64,000 nucleotides of DNA. It comes from a virus. The notes under the pieces were generated by a model, which was not told where the DNA came from, searched no databases, and was given only the letters and a program-made list of their open reading frames with translations. The stretch spans positions 4,723 to 68,722 of IMG/VR virus record IMGVR_UViG_3300042453_002197; one strand, written 5' to 3'. Positions 37,662 to 47,099 of this stretch are shown piece by piece (positions within the stretch are counted from its first letter, which is position 1; every line of letters begins with the position of its first letter). Made by a program: the position numbers and the translations under genes.

Positions 37662-38426
37662 TTAATATCTAAAATATTTTCCGTTCTGACCGCCACGTCC
37701 TTCAATAATCCAATCCACTAAATGTATAGTGTTATTTAACTCTAATTCATTGAATATTTTGTAAAAAATGTATTCTATATCAACATAAAAATACTTTGAA
37801 TTTTCGTCAACCATAGTACAACATGCATTGAGAATAATTTCGTATTTGTTCATCTGCATTGCACCAACTGCATATGCAACGGTGTAATAGCCGCCTAAAT
37901 TATCGTCAACATACATGTCAGTGGGCAAAAAATATTCGGGTATATAGGTTAAATTTTGTCTATTCCAAAATACTGGCTTTTTAAATAAAAATTTGTTTAC
38001 ATTAGCTGCAATCAGATCATCTATAAAATGTGTTGTAAAATAATATCTGCCTGAAACTTTCACCAAGAAATCATAGTTATCTACTATTTTCTTTTTATAG
38101 TGTTTTAAAAACTCAAGTAACATTATGTTTTCACCATACGATTTACTCTTATGTGTTCTAACTATATTTCCAACACTAGCATTAATGGTTTCAAGTTGAA
38201 CATATTGCAATTTTGGAAATTTTTCAATTAAAACATTGAAATAATTTTTACTACCGTCAACTAAAAATATAGTAGCATTTGAATCTTGATTGAAAATAGA
38301 TTCAATTGTTTTTATAGTATCATCTAATCTTTCTTGAGTGGACAATATAGTTCTAATCTGATCTTCTTTCAGCAAACAACTATTGTCTATGTCAATCACT
38401 GAAGTAATCACATAGCAATTATTCAT
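37662..38426 (-). CDS. putative glycosyltransferase
   Basis: ITS.I, T..TI.SI, KSYGE, KVSGRY; cluster context. Confidence 0.5.
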   Translation of the reverse strand: MNNCYVITSVIDIDNSCLLKEDQIRTILSTQERLDDTIKTIESIFNQDSNATIFLVDGSKNYFNVLIEKFPKLQYVQLETINASVGNIVRTHKSKSYGENIMLLEFLKHYKKKIVDNYDFLVKVSGRYYFTTHFIDDLIAANVNKFLFKKPVFWNRQNLTYIPEYFLPTDMYVDDNLGGYYTVAYAVGAMQMNKYEIILNACCTMVDENSKYFYVDIEYIFYKIFNELELNNTIHLVDWIIEGRGGQNGKYFRY

Positions 38427-39265
38427 GGTCTATACACTCTACGAATGGAATTACTAAACACTACTGCCATATTACTTAGATTACTATCACGACATACTAA
38501 ATCACCACATTCGGCTAGTGTCATGCATTCAATAAAAGATTCTATCCAAAACTGTTTACGATAAAACATATCATATTCCCAACTAAAATCGGGACGTTCG
38601 GTTACTAATTCGGTTTTAAGTCTTATCATATTAGGATAACATTTGATATAGCTACCATATCTATTAATTAGTTTTTCCAGCGACTCTTCGTTGTCACTAG
38701 CTACAAAAATATTATTATACTCACCAGTTTCCAAGCGACTATCTATTGTTTGGCAGTACAGATCAAAATTTACTTTCTTTAAATTTTCATGCAAAAGCAT
38801 AGTTGTAATACGAAGATGCACACCTAATGTTTTTAATCCAATTTTATTTTCTGCGCGCCAACGATGAACAAAATTTTTAATATTATTCTTGATATGAATT
38901 TTACTTAGTACACGCTTATAGTCTTGAAGTCGTGAACTAAACTCTATGGGATTATTTCTATCGTATAGTTTACTTAGTGGTAAGTAGCCGCCATAAACAT
39001 AGGTACTGTCAGTATATTGATCTAAAACATATCCCATAATATGATCATAAGGACGTTCTATACCGTAACTTTCCATAGTTTTACGATGATGCTGTACATG
39101 ACGTAATTGATCTTGTAGTATTGGATCCGTTTGCTCTCCTTCTTCAAAAGGACTTAAAGTTAGAAAAACATTGTCAAAGTCTATGTCTGCCAGTGGCACA
39201 ATTCCAAATTGAAAAAATCTACTAAATATTCCACCACCTGGCATCACATAGATATAGTTTTTCAT
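38423..39265 (-). CDS. NodZ/GT23-like GDP-sugar transferase
   Basis: LGVHLR.T, IFVASD, L..C..L....SN.S. Confidence 0.7.
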   Translation of the reverse strand: MKNYIYVMPGGGIFSRFFQFGIVPLADIDFDNVFLTLSPFEEGEQTDPILQDQLRHVQHHRKTMESYGIERPYDHIMGYVLDQYTDSTYVYGGYLPLSKLYDRNNPIEFSSRLQDYKRVLSKIHIKNNIKNFVHRWRAENKIGLKTLGVHLRITTMLLHENLKKVNFDLYCQTIDSRLETGEYNNIFVASDNEESLEKLINRYGSYIKCYPNMIRLKTELVTERPDFSWEYDMFYRKQFWIESFIECMTLAECGDLVCRDSNLSNMAVVFSNSIRRVYRP

Positions 39266-40233
39266 TGTATTTCACTCATCCAATGATTAATCATTTCATC
39301 TATCATGGTTTCAAATGTGTATTTTGGAGTCCAGCCTAGCTTCTGTCTAATTTCTGAACTGTCACCACGTAAATAACGAAGTTCTTCTGGTCGCATGAAT
39401 TTTTGATTTTGCACAACATAGTCTTCGTAGTTCATACCCAGTGTTGCAAATGTATATCTACATAATTCTCTGACACTCCTGGACTCACCAGTAGCAACAA
39501 CCCAGTCTCTGGCCTCATCGTGATTAACTATAAGATGCATCGCACGAACATAATCATAGCTATGGCCCCAATCTCGCCAACTGTCTAGATTGCCAAGCTC
39601 CAACTTTGTAGTTAATCCAAGTTTAATTTCAACGGCCGTTTTTACTACCTTATTTGTTACAAAGTTAGTACCGCGTCTAGGACTCTCATGATTGAAAAGA
39701 ATACCGTTACATGCATGCAATCCATATGCATGTCGATAGTGTCTAGTGAGATTGTAGCCCATGACTTTGCTACACCCATATGGACTTACAGGAGTCATAG
39801 GTGTAGATAAACGTTGCACACCGTCCTCGTCTATACTGTTACCAAACATTTCGCTACTACTAGCTTGATAGAATTTGGCATCAGGTGCAAACTCTCTATA
39901 CGCTTCAAGCATATTTAAAACGCCTAAACTATTTGTTTTTATAGTAAATGCAGGCATATCAAAACTGATGCGAACATGACTCATTGCGCCTAAATTATAA
40001 ATCTCATCAGGCTTAACGTCTTTGATCGTCCTAATAATGCTACTTTCATCTGTTAAGTCGCCATAAATCCGTGTGATTTTATCGTTTACATGCATCAAGC
40101 GACTACTTTGATTTTCTGGTACGCTATGTCTACGAACGATGCCATAAACATCATATCCTAACTCAAGTAGATATTCAGTTAAATAACTACCATCCTGTCC
40201 TGTAATACCGGTTATTAGTGCTTTTTTCTTCAT
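39262..40233 (-). CDS. gmd: GDP-mannose 4,6-dehydratase
   Basis: ALITGITGQDGSYL, YQASSSE, SPYGCSK, GILFNHESPRRG, RDWGH. Confidence 0.97.
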   Translation of the reverse strand: MKKKALITGITGQDGSYLTEYLLELGYDVYGIVRRHSVPENQSSRLMHVNDKITRIYGDLTDESSIIRTIKDVKPDEIYNLGAMSHVRISFDMPAFTIKTNSLGVLNMLEAYREFAPDAKFYQASSSEMFGNSIDEDGVQRLSTPMTPVSPYGCSKVMGYNLTRHYRHAYGLHACNGILFNHESPRRGTNFVTNKVVKTAVEIKLGLTTKLELGNLDSWRDWGHSYDYVRAMHLIVNHDEARDWVVATGESRSVRELCRYTFATLGMNYEDYVVQNQKFMRPEELRYLRGDSSEIRQKLGWTPKYTFETMIDEMINHWMSEIQ

Positions 40234-40922
40234 ATTGTTTTAAATAATTTCTTTTGACTCAAGTCTGCATAACTTTCCCAAGTTGAACAGTCTTCTGTGT
40301 ATTCTGGTACTTGATCCATTAATATGATTCCACGTGCTGCGTCTTCTGGTGTCATGTACATATGCCACCCACAAATATCACCATCGTCTTCCCATTGACT
40401 AACATTTAAATCTCTACCATCATAACGTGCTTTACTTAACCATTCAACCGCTTTGGCATCGTCAGTCAATATCATACCACCACGACCTATCGGTATACGT
40501 TTCTTTATTTGAAAACTTACTACGTGAAATCCACCAGCATACATTCCCTTACGCCAACGTGTAGCCGCATCCCAAATAGGATAAGGTTTTAATTGATATA
40601 TTCCAGACCACGATTCATCTCTAAACGAAACACTACATCCAGCATGTATAATATTCATTGGAATACTCTGATATGTATGTTTAGGTATTTCAATGGTGCC
40701 CGTAGCATGTAAATATTTAAGACATAAAAATAGACCATTAGTGCAACAATCTACACTAACTCCGTATTTTGCTCCAGCAAATGCTGCTACTTTCTTTTCA
40801 AAAATTTCAACAACATCTCTAGGATCTTGCCAATCATATCCTAATTTCTTAACTTGTGCTAATTCAGGCCTTTGAAAATGTGGTGGTAATTTACCACTCG
40901 GCCAGCTATTAAATTTACTCAT
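40230..40922 (-). CDS. DegT/DnrJ-family sugar aminotransferase (short form)
   Basis: FE...A.F.GA, WDAA, SFQIKK....GRGG. Confidence 0.85.
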   Translation of the reverse strand: MSKFNSWPSGKLPPHFQRPELAQVKKLGYDWQDPRDVVEIFEKKVAAFAGAKYGVSVDCCTNGLFLCLKYLHATGTIEIPKHTYQSIPMNIIHAGCSVSFRDESWSGIYQLKPYPIWDAATRWRKGMYAGGFHVVSFQIKKRIPIGRGGMILTDDAKAVEWLSKARYDGRDLNVSQWEDDGDICGWHMYMTPEDAARGIILMDQVPEYTEDCSTWESYADLSQKKLFKTI

Positions 40923-41442
40923 ATTTGTATCCTAACTTTTCAGCATATTCATAACATTTTTGTTTAATTCGTGATCTAAGTGGTTTAGCAGGATTACCTC
41001 CATAAACTGTCCAAGGTTCAGTATCTTCTTTTAACATACTGTTCGCGGCAAGTACAGATCCTTCTGCCATAGTTACTCCTGGTAATACCACACTATTTGC
41101 CAGTGTTCCAGCAAATCTCTTAATGATAATAGGCTTTAGAACTTGATCATCTTTATATTCTTCTGGTATAAGAGGTCCTACTAGCCCATGTCCAAAAAAT
41201 GTTTCACTGCCGCAAATTAGCTTAGAACCAACGCTAATGAAGCAAAAATCTTCTACAGTTAAACTAGTTTTTTTGCCACCTATAACTACAACCTGCGGGC
41301 TAATATGTACATAATCACCTATAGTTAATCCAGTAGTACAATAAAAACCACTATCAATAGCAACATGATTGCCTATTTTTACAAGTTCCTGTCTGGTAAA
41401 CTCTGTATTTTTGTGTATAAAAACGTTTTGACCTTGTATCAT
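40915..41442 (-). CDS. hexapeptide-repeat sugar acetyltransferase
   Basis: IG..V.I repeats; VLPGV....GS, YGGNPAK. Confidence 0.88.
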   Translation of the reverse strand: MIQGQNVFIHKNTEFTRQELVKIGNHVAIDSGFYCTTGLTIGDYVHISPQVVVIGGKKTSLTVEDFCFISVGSKLICGSETFFGHGLVGPLIPEEYKDDQVLKPIIIKRFAGTLANSVVLPGVTMAEGSVLAANSMLKEDTEPWTVYGGNPAKPLRSRIKQKCYEYAEKLGYKYE

Positions 41443-41849
41443 ATAAAAACTTTGTCATGATTTTGACCATAGTATGGTCCAGTTTTGTACTCATAAACAA
41501 CGGTATCATCTTCCAATATGGTATAAGTGTGACCACCTTCAAACGTCATTGAACAGTCGCCACGATTTATTATTTGTTTTTCCAATAAGGTACCATCAGT
41601 ATCATAGAAACTTACTTCAACACTACCTTGTATTACAACCCATGATTCTTGAGCAATAGTCATATCATACATGGGAGTTTTCCAAATATGCTTATGGGGC
41701 TTGAACGTTTTACCCTTTTGCATACGTAGTGTTGCAAGTTGTAAAAATTGATTATCATCCGCTACATTTGTTCGCTCAACAATTTCATCTAATCTATGAA
41801 CTAGGTGTAACAATTTCGTTGAATCACGTTTACTATAAATTTTATACAT
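41439..41849 (-). CDS. WbuC-like cupin
   Basis: PHKH, QE...V..G, GGH, E.K.GPY. Confidence 0.7.
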   Translation of the reverse strand: MYKIYSKRDSTKLLHLVHRLDEIVERTNVADDNQFLQLATLRMQKGKTFKPHKHIWKTPMYDMTIAQESWVVIQGSVEVSFYDTDGTLLEKQIINRGDCSMTFEGGHTYTILEDDTVVYEYKTGPYYGQNHDKVFI

Positions 41850-42897
41850 AGTAGAAGTTCTTTCTTATGATTTTTTGCAACCACTCATCGAATTTATCAT
41901 GAACAACAGTGTCACTAAAATTTTGCATAGCCCATGTACGACATACCGAAGGTGATAGTTGTGTTATTATGTTTGCACAATCTACAAAACTTTTGAAGTC
42001 TTTACAACGATAACCGGTAACTCCATGCACAACACTATCAACATAACCGCCCCAATCGGTAGTTAATACAGGAGTGCCACAAAACTGTGCTTCTGCAACA
42101 ATATTGCCAAATGGTTCGATGTAGTGTGACGGTGCCATTAAACACTGTGCTTTACTTAACAAATCACTACGTTCTTTTGGTCCAACATACCCGACACATT
42201 CTACATGTGATGGCATTTCAGAATAACCTAAATGTTTCAAATCTTTAGTTGGTCCTGCAATTATCAATCTTTTACCTATGTGTTTTGTTACTTGAACGCA
42301 AAGATCAATTCCCTTGTCAAAATTAACTCTGCCAAGATAAACAAAGTAATCATCTTTCTTATCATTAAATTCAAATTCAGATGGTGTAAAAGCATTTGGA
42401 ATAACTGCGTCATACCAACTTGGACTAAGTATCATGCGATGTAAACCATAATAGTAATGCATTTGACTATAGCTGACAAATGCTCTGTAAGGTGCAAATA
42501 CTGCTTCTGGTGGATATCCTATACTAGGCTCAAGTAAAAACAAATCAGGATGATTGTCCATGGTAGGCTTATTTGCCTGACCATAAAAAGCCAATATCAT
42601 ATCGCCAGGGTTTTTTCTCTTCCTTACTATTTCAGTTGCACGTGTATTGTATAGATCAACAAGATGCGGTTTATGTAAGAACAAATCACCATCTTCTGGT
42701 GGTATAAGTTCATCGTTTGTAATACATACCTCATTTTCACAATCTACTTCGGCGGATTGGTGACCGTAATGAATAATATTGTAGCCTCTATTACGCATGT
42801 TGCTAACAAATTTCATTGCAGCAACATTGAATGGCTCCATACGATATCTAGTGTGTGTAATACCGGATGGATTTGTAAGAATGTGTAGTGTAGTCAT
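41842..42897 (-). CDS. GT4 family glycosyltransferase
   Basis: YLGRV...KG, EPFG....EA..CGTPV. Confidence 0.9.
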   Translation of the reverse strand: MTTLHILTNPSGITHTRYRMEPFNVAAMKFVSNMRNRGYNIIHYGHQSAEVDCENEVCITNDELIPPEDGDLFLHKPHLVDLYNTRATEIVRKRKNPGDMILAFYGQANKPTMDNHPDLFLLEPSIGYPPEAVFAPYRAFVSYSQMHYYYGLHRMILSPSWYDAVIPNAFTPSEFEFNDKKDDYFVYLGRVNFDKGIDLCVQVTKHIGKRLIIAGPTKDLKHLGYSEMPSHVECVGYVGPKERSDLLSKAQCLMAPSHYIEPFGNIVAEAQFCGTPVLTTDWGGYVDSVVHGVTGYRCKDFKSFVDCANIITQLSPSVCRTWAMQNFSDTVVHDKFDEWLQKIIRKNFYYV

Positions 42898-43745
42898 TTT
42901 AATCCCATTGATTTTCTAATTTCAGTGCCAGAAATTTGAGTAATTGAATCATTAAATTTTTCTTCCTCAAATGTATAACCAACACCCCGACCATAACCTA
43001 TATGTACAATGTTCGGTACTACCATAATTTCGTATTGACCCTGATATAATAGATCCAAATCACGCTTTATATAATTCTTAACTTGATCAGTATTAAATGG
43101 ATTTGAATTATTCCAACCATTACAGTCACGAATCATTATACATACTTGTCCCGTACGAGAAAGCAATCGCTCAAACAATGCGCGGTGGCCCGAATGCCAT
43201 GGTTGCCAGCGACCTAACATCTGCACAGTTTCTTTACGTGAATCAAATGTAGGTCTACGCATATTTTTTAGTATACGTTCGCCTACATAAGCTACCCATT
43301 TTTCAGCATTTTGTTCATTGATTCTGAAGTCATATATGTCTGGTGGTACGAATGCTTTATTGGTATCTTCATATCTACCAGAATCTATAGTATCCATCCA
43401 TATGGTCCAATCCGCTTTGAAGTTATGACGCATTTCAGGTAGAGGTGCCACAAAATCACATATAACATAATCGCCCGTACATTTGATGGCAAATTCCGCC
43501 ATACGTAAACTCTGTCTGATTCTTCCTTCTCTGGAAAAATCCCAATCATTGAATTTTTTTCTTACCTCATCAGCATTAAACCAATCTACCTTAGATTTAT
43601 AATGTATAGGTGGTAGTTCATATTGTGCCATTCTGTAAGCCGGCATTGAATCGAAACTAGAATTTTCTTCTAGATATTTTTTAAGCCGTTCGGAAAAATA
43701 AGTTTTACCCGAACCAGGCAATCCCATTACTAATATTTTTTTCAT
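42894..43745 (-). CDS. adenylylsulfate kinase-like domain fused to HIGH nucleotidyltransferase domain
   Basis: GLPGSGKT, NADEVR, DFS.EGR; C-terminal GRWQPWHSGH...ISGT.IR. Confidence 0.8.
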   Translation of the reverse strand: MKKILVMGLPGSGKTYFSERLKKYLEENSSFDSMPAYRMAQYELPPIHYKSKVDWFNADEVRKKFNDWDFSREGRIRQSLRMAEFAIKCTGDYVICDFVAPLPEMRHNFKADWTIWMDTIDSGRYEDTNKAFVPPDIYDFRINEQNAEKWVAYVGERILKNMRRPTFDSRKETVQMLGRWQPWHSGHRALFERLLSRTGQVCIMIRDCNGWNNSNPFNTDQVKNYIKRDLDLLYQGQYEIMVVPNIVHIGYGRGVGYTFEEEKFNDSITQISGTEIRKSMGLK

Positions 43746-44517
43746 ATTTTTTCAATGTATTAATTAGTTTAGTAGTATCAGCACATGTATAACTCTGATA
43801 ACTATGAATCAAATTCTTAGGCATTTTTATATACCTATGTATATTAGTTATCTGGTTGGCGACATCTACAAAAGATTTAACTTTACCAGTTCCAACATTC
43901 CATACACCGGATTCAGGGATATCCATGAACGCTAGATGATGTGCGATAACATCATCTACATGAATAAAGTCTCTATAAAAGTTTTCTGATCCATAAAACA
44001 ATTCTATGTATCCATGCTTTTCATATTGTTGTCTGAACTTATGTTGAGGACTGGCTTGATTACCTTTATGATCTTCACCTGGACCATATACATTAAAATA
44101 CCTAAAACCTTGTATAGTAATACCAGTATTTTTCAATCCACTAACATGTCGCTCAAACAAATACTTTGACCATGCATAAGGACTTCGCGGATCCGGTAAG
44201 TCCGTTTCTTTAAATGGAACATTCAAATCATTATGTTTTCCGTAAATACTAGCAGAACTTGAGTATTGAAAATTAACGCCGTATTTTATGCATTGATTCA
44301 GTAGCCATATACTAAAATCCAAATTCTGAATTAATACCTTTTCAACATTAGTTTCAACAGTTGAACTTATTGCACCTACATGTATTACTAGATCCTTGTC
44401 TTCAACCTTGATTGGATGATCATCACCCCACTCATAGGTTGACACTTCATGCTTTGTTAATGCTTTTAAAAAATTAGATCCTATAAACCCTTTATGCCCA
44501 GTTAACAAAATTTTCAA
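43705..44517 (-). CDS. hldD: ADP-L-glycero-D-manno-heptose 6-epimerase-like
   Basis: TGHKGFIGS, H.GAISST, YSSSAS.YG, YAWSK, FRYFNVYGP.E.HKG..AS, RDFI. Confidence 0.88.
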   Translation of the reverse strand: MKILLTGHKGFIGSNFLKALTKHEVSTYEWGDDHPIKVEDKDLVIHVGAISSTVETNVEKVLIQNLDFSIWLLNQCIKYGVNFQYSSSASIYGKHNDLNVPFKETDLPDPRSPYAWSKYLFERHVSGLKNTGITIQGFRYFNVYGPGEDHKGNQASPQHKFRQQYEKHGYIELFYGSENFYRDFIHVDDVIAHHLAFMDIPESGVWNVGTGKVKSFVDVANQITNIHRYIKMPKNLIHSYQSYTCADTTKLINTLKKYEKNISNGIAWFG

Positions 44518-44807
44518 TCAAAAAACTCCTTCAACGAGATGGCTTTGTCATCTATCCACACATCATAAACTGGCTTACGCATTCTTATTTCGTGACACTT
44601 ACAACCCCACTCTGACAATTGTTTGTGTGTAAGTTCAGTATGGTCTTTACCAGAATTCATACCACGTGCTGTCCAATAAATCACAGTGTGTCCACTGTCA
44701 TACAGTTGGTTTATCTGAGTAATTCTATCTGTATATGGAACACTGTTTGCATAGTCTCCATCACTATTGGCGCAAATTGTGCCATCAATATCAACCATGA
44801 ATATCAT
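44514..44807 (-). CDS. small HAD-family phosphatase
   Basis: DIDGT, WTARG, KP, IDDK. Confidence 0.85.
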   Translation of the reverse strand: MIFMVDIDGTICANSDGDYANSVPYTDRITQINQLYDSGHTVIYWTARGMNSGKDHTELTHKQLSEWGCKCHEIRMRKPVYDVWIDDKAISLKEFFD

Positions 44808-45162
44808 TTTGACTATCTCCCTTCATAACTCGATAGTTATCTTCAACACTATCAGGAGTTGAAACTTCAATAATAGTTCCTTCTTCCACACATGTTAATC
44901 TATGTGGTAGTAGTGGTGTATTATTCCAAACGTCACCAACATTTAAATATCTATCACGAACAGTTGCGTCTTTCGTATCAATATATTCAACTATGAATTT
45001 GCCACTTAGAACATACCAAGTTTCGTCTTTCTGTGCATGAAAATGCATACTAAATTTAGCACCTGTATGAAATTTTAATAGTTTACCACAATACTTGTCG
45101 TTAGTAGCAAATATAAACTCACTACCCCAACCTTTTTCTACATGTCCGGATAATCTAGTCAT
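44791..45162 (-). CDS. cupin sugar isomerase-like protein
   Basis: KGWG.E, SMHFH..KDET, H, EVST. Confidence 0.8.
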   Translation of the reverse strand: MTRLSGHVEKGWGSEFIFATNDKYCGKLLKFHTGAKFSMHFHAQKDETWYVLSGKFIVEYIDTKDATVRDRYLNVGDVWNNTPLLPHRLTCVEEGTIIEVSTPDSVEDNYRVMKGDSQNDIHG

Positions 45163-45926
45163 ACAATTTCCTCCAGAGTAGGAGCATAATTTCCCATATG
45201 TTGAACTGTGATCATAGAGGCACGATTAGCGAATCGTATAGCATCCATAATGCAATTCGTTTCTAAAAACTTATATACCAGCGACGATAGAAAAGTATCA
45301 CCAGCACCACATACATCTATTACTTCTATTTTAGGTACTGAAAACATTGTTTCTTTATTATTGCTCTTGTACATTGCACCACGATTACCAAGAGTAACAA
45401 TCAATTTGTCGTTTAAACTATGACATGAACTATATTCAATCTCATTTATTTTTACATAAATGCCATAAAATTTATCTAGTTCCTGTTTCTTAGTATCTAA
45501 GAACATAGGTCCAATGTAATTTTGCCTAATGTGTTGAATTATCTCGTATGATATAAATCCCTTGTTGTAATCACTAATTACTACAGCATCGTAACGTGAC
45601 ATGTCTAATTCATCTACCATCTTAGTAGATAATGGGTTACTTTTCTTATCTTTGTCTATTCTAAGTAGCTGTTGTTTACTTTTTGTATCGATTATTCTAA
45701 TCTTACGTCCTGGGTCAGATACTATTGAATGCACATCCAGACCTAGATTTATTAGATTTTGATTGACATTGCCAGCCATACCTGGCTTAGTTTCATTGTA
45801 TTTGTAGTTAATTATAGGTACAGGCGCTTCTGGACTTATACGATCCACAGAACCATACTGATACTCGTCTATACAATTATCGCCTAGTAATAATATCTTG
45901 TATTTTTTCTGTTGTTGAATATCCAT
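45159..45926 (-). CDS. heptose-7-phosphate kinase-like (RfaE/HldE kinase domain)
   Basis: RISPEAPVP, G.AGNV, SDYNKG, DVCGAGD. Confidence 0.9.
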   Translation of the reverse strand: MDIQQQKKYKILLLGDNCIDEYQYGSVDRISPEAPVPIINYKYNETKPGMAGNVNQNLINLGLDVHSIVSDPGRKIRIIDTKSKQQLLRIDKDKKSNPLSTKMVDELDMSRYDAVVISDYNKGFISYEIIQHIRQNYIGPMFLDTKKQELDKFYGIYVKINEIEYSSCHSLNDKLIVTLGNRGAMYKSNNKETMFSVPKIEVIDVCGAGDTFLSSLVYKFLETNCIMDAIRFANRASMITVQHMGNYAPTLEEIV

Positions 45927-46272
45927 AGATCCTGTCAAAAAATATAATGCGTGGACAAACGTGTGCACCAATTATAGGCTTGTTTATGTAGTCTGATCCT
46001 TTTACCATGATGTCGCAAGTAACTATCATATTAATTAGTTGTTGATCAGAATCGAAAATCTGTACACAATCTACCGCTTTAAGATTTTCTAATAAAACTT
46101 TACGCTCAACTTCACCGTTAATTGGTCTTGACTCACCCTTTAATCTTTTTATCCTAAGATCACTATCAATTCCAACTAATAGATAATCGCCTAAAGATCG
46201 AGCATAGTTTAGTAAAGCAATATGCCCTAAGTGTACAATATCAAAACTGCCATTTACAAATATTTTGGTCAT
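45877..46272 (-). CDS. heptose-1-phosphate nucleotidyltransferase-like (RfaE domain II)
   Basis: NGSFDIVHLGH, LKG.SRPIN, VKGSDY, YSTT. Confidence 0.9.
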   Translation of the reverse strand: MTKIFVNGSFDIVHLGHIALLNYARSLGDYLLVGIDSDLRIKRLKGESRPINGEVERKVLLENLKAVDCVQIFDSDQQLINMIVTCDIMVKGSDYINKPIIGAHVCPRIIFFDRIYGYSTTEKIQDIITRR

Positions 46273-47099
46273 ATAGTTTTAACACGCTCGTACTCTATAA
46301 GTGTATCTATAGTATCGTATACTGAGTATTTTGGTAAAAATCCTAATCGCTTAATTTTGTCACAGTTCATATAAAATGATTTAGTTTGAACGATCTTATG
46401 AAATGGACTTGCATCAACGTAATTAATTCTACTTGTAGAGTGTGCTTGTTCAACAATATAGTTGATTGCGTCAATAAATTTAGTTGGTTGACCTGTACCT
46501 ATATTGTAGATTTCATTTACACTACCGTGGGTACATACTAGATTAATCGCTCGCACTAAGTCTCGTACATCTATGTAGTCCCGATAAAATTCACCGCCAT
46601 TGTAGATATTTACCTCTTCGTTCTTTACTATTCGCTGTAGTAGTCCAGTCAATGCATTTTTTTTAAGTGATGCATTTTTATCTCCTATGCCTATGACATT
46701 GGCGAATCTCATGATTCTATAGTTTATATTGAACGTTTTACAGTAACTGATCAACAGTTGCTCGGCTGTACGTTTAGTGATACTATAGAACCCTTGAGGA
46801 TCACAATAGCTATTTTCATCAACGTTTTCGCCATGTCCATATACGAACCATGAACTAGCAAAATTAAACGTAACTGGTCCTGGTAATTTCCTACAGTTTT
46901 CCAATACTCTAATTAGCACTGTTAGATTAGTATCAACGTCGATATGTGGATTATTATGTACATTATAGTTATCTGTTGTACTGATAAAGTACAAAACTTG
47001 ATTAGTTTTAGGTATTAAATCATTACGATCATTCACTACACATTGATATGTAGAACTATAATGTTTACCTATAAAACCGTGACCAAATAAATTAATCAT
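46269..47099 (-). CDS. NAD-dependent epimerase/dehydratase
   Basis: GHGFIG, SS..VYG, YSITK, RDYI.V.D. Confidence 0.88.
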   Translation of the reverse strand: MINLFGHGFIGKHYSSTYQCVVNDRNDLIPKTNQVLYFISTTDNYNVHNNPHIDVDTNLTVLIRVLENCRKLPGPVTFNFASSWFVYGHGENVDENSYCDPQGFYSITKRTAEQLLISYCKTFNINYRIMRFANVIGIGDKNASLKKNALTGLLQRIVKNEEVNIYNGGEFYRDYIDVRDLVRAINLVCTHGSVNEIYNIGTGQPTKFIDAINYIVEQAHSTSRINYVDASPFHKIVQTKSFYMNCDKIKRLGFLPKYSVYDTIDTLIEYERVKTI

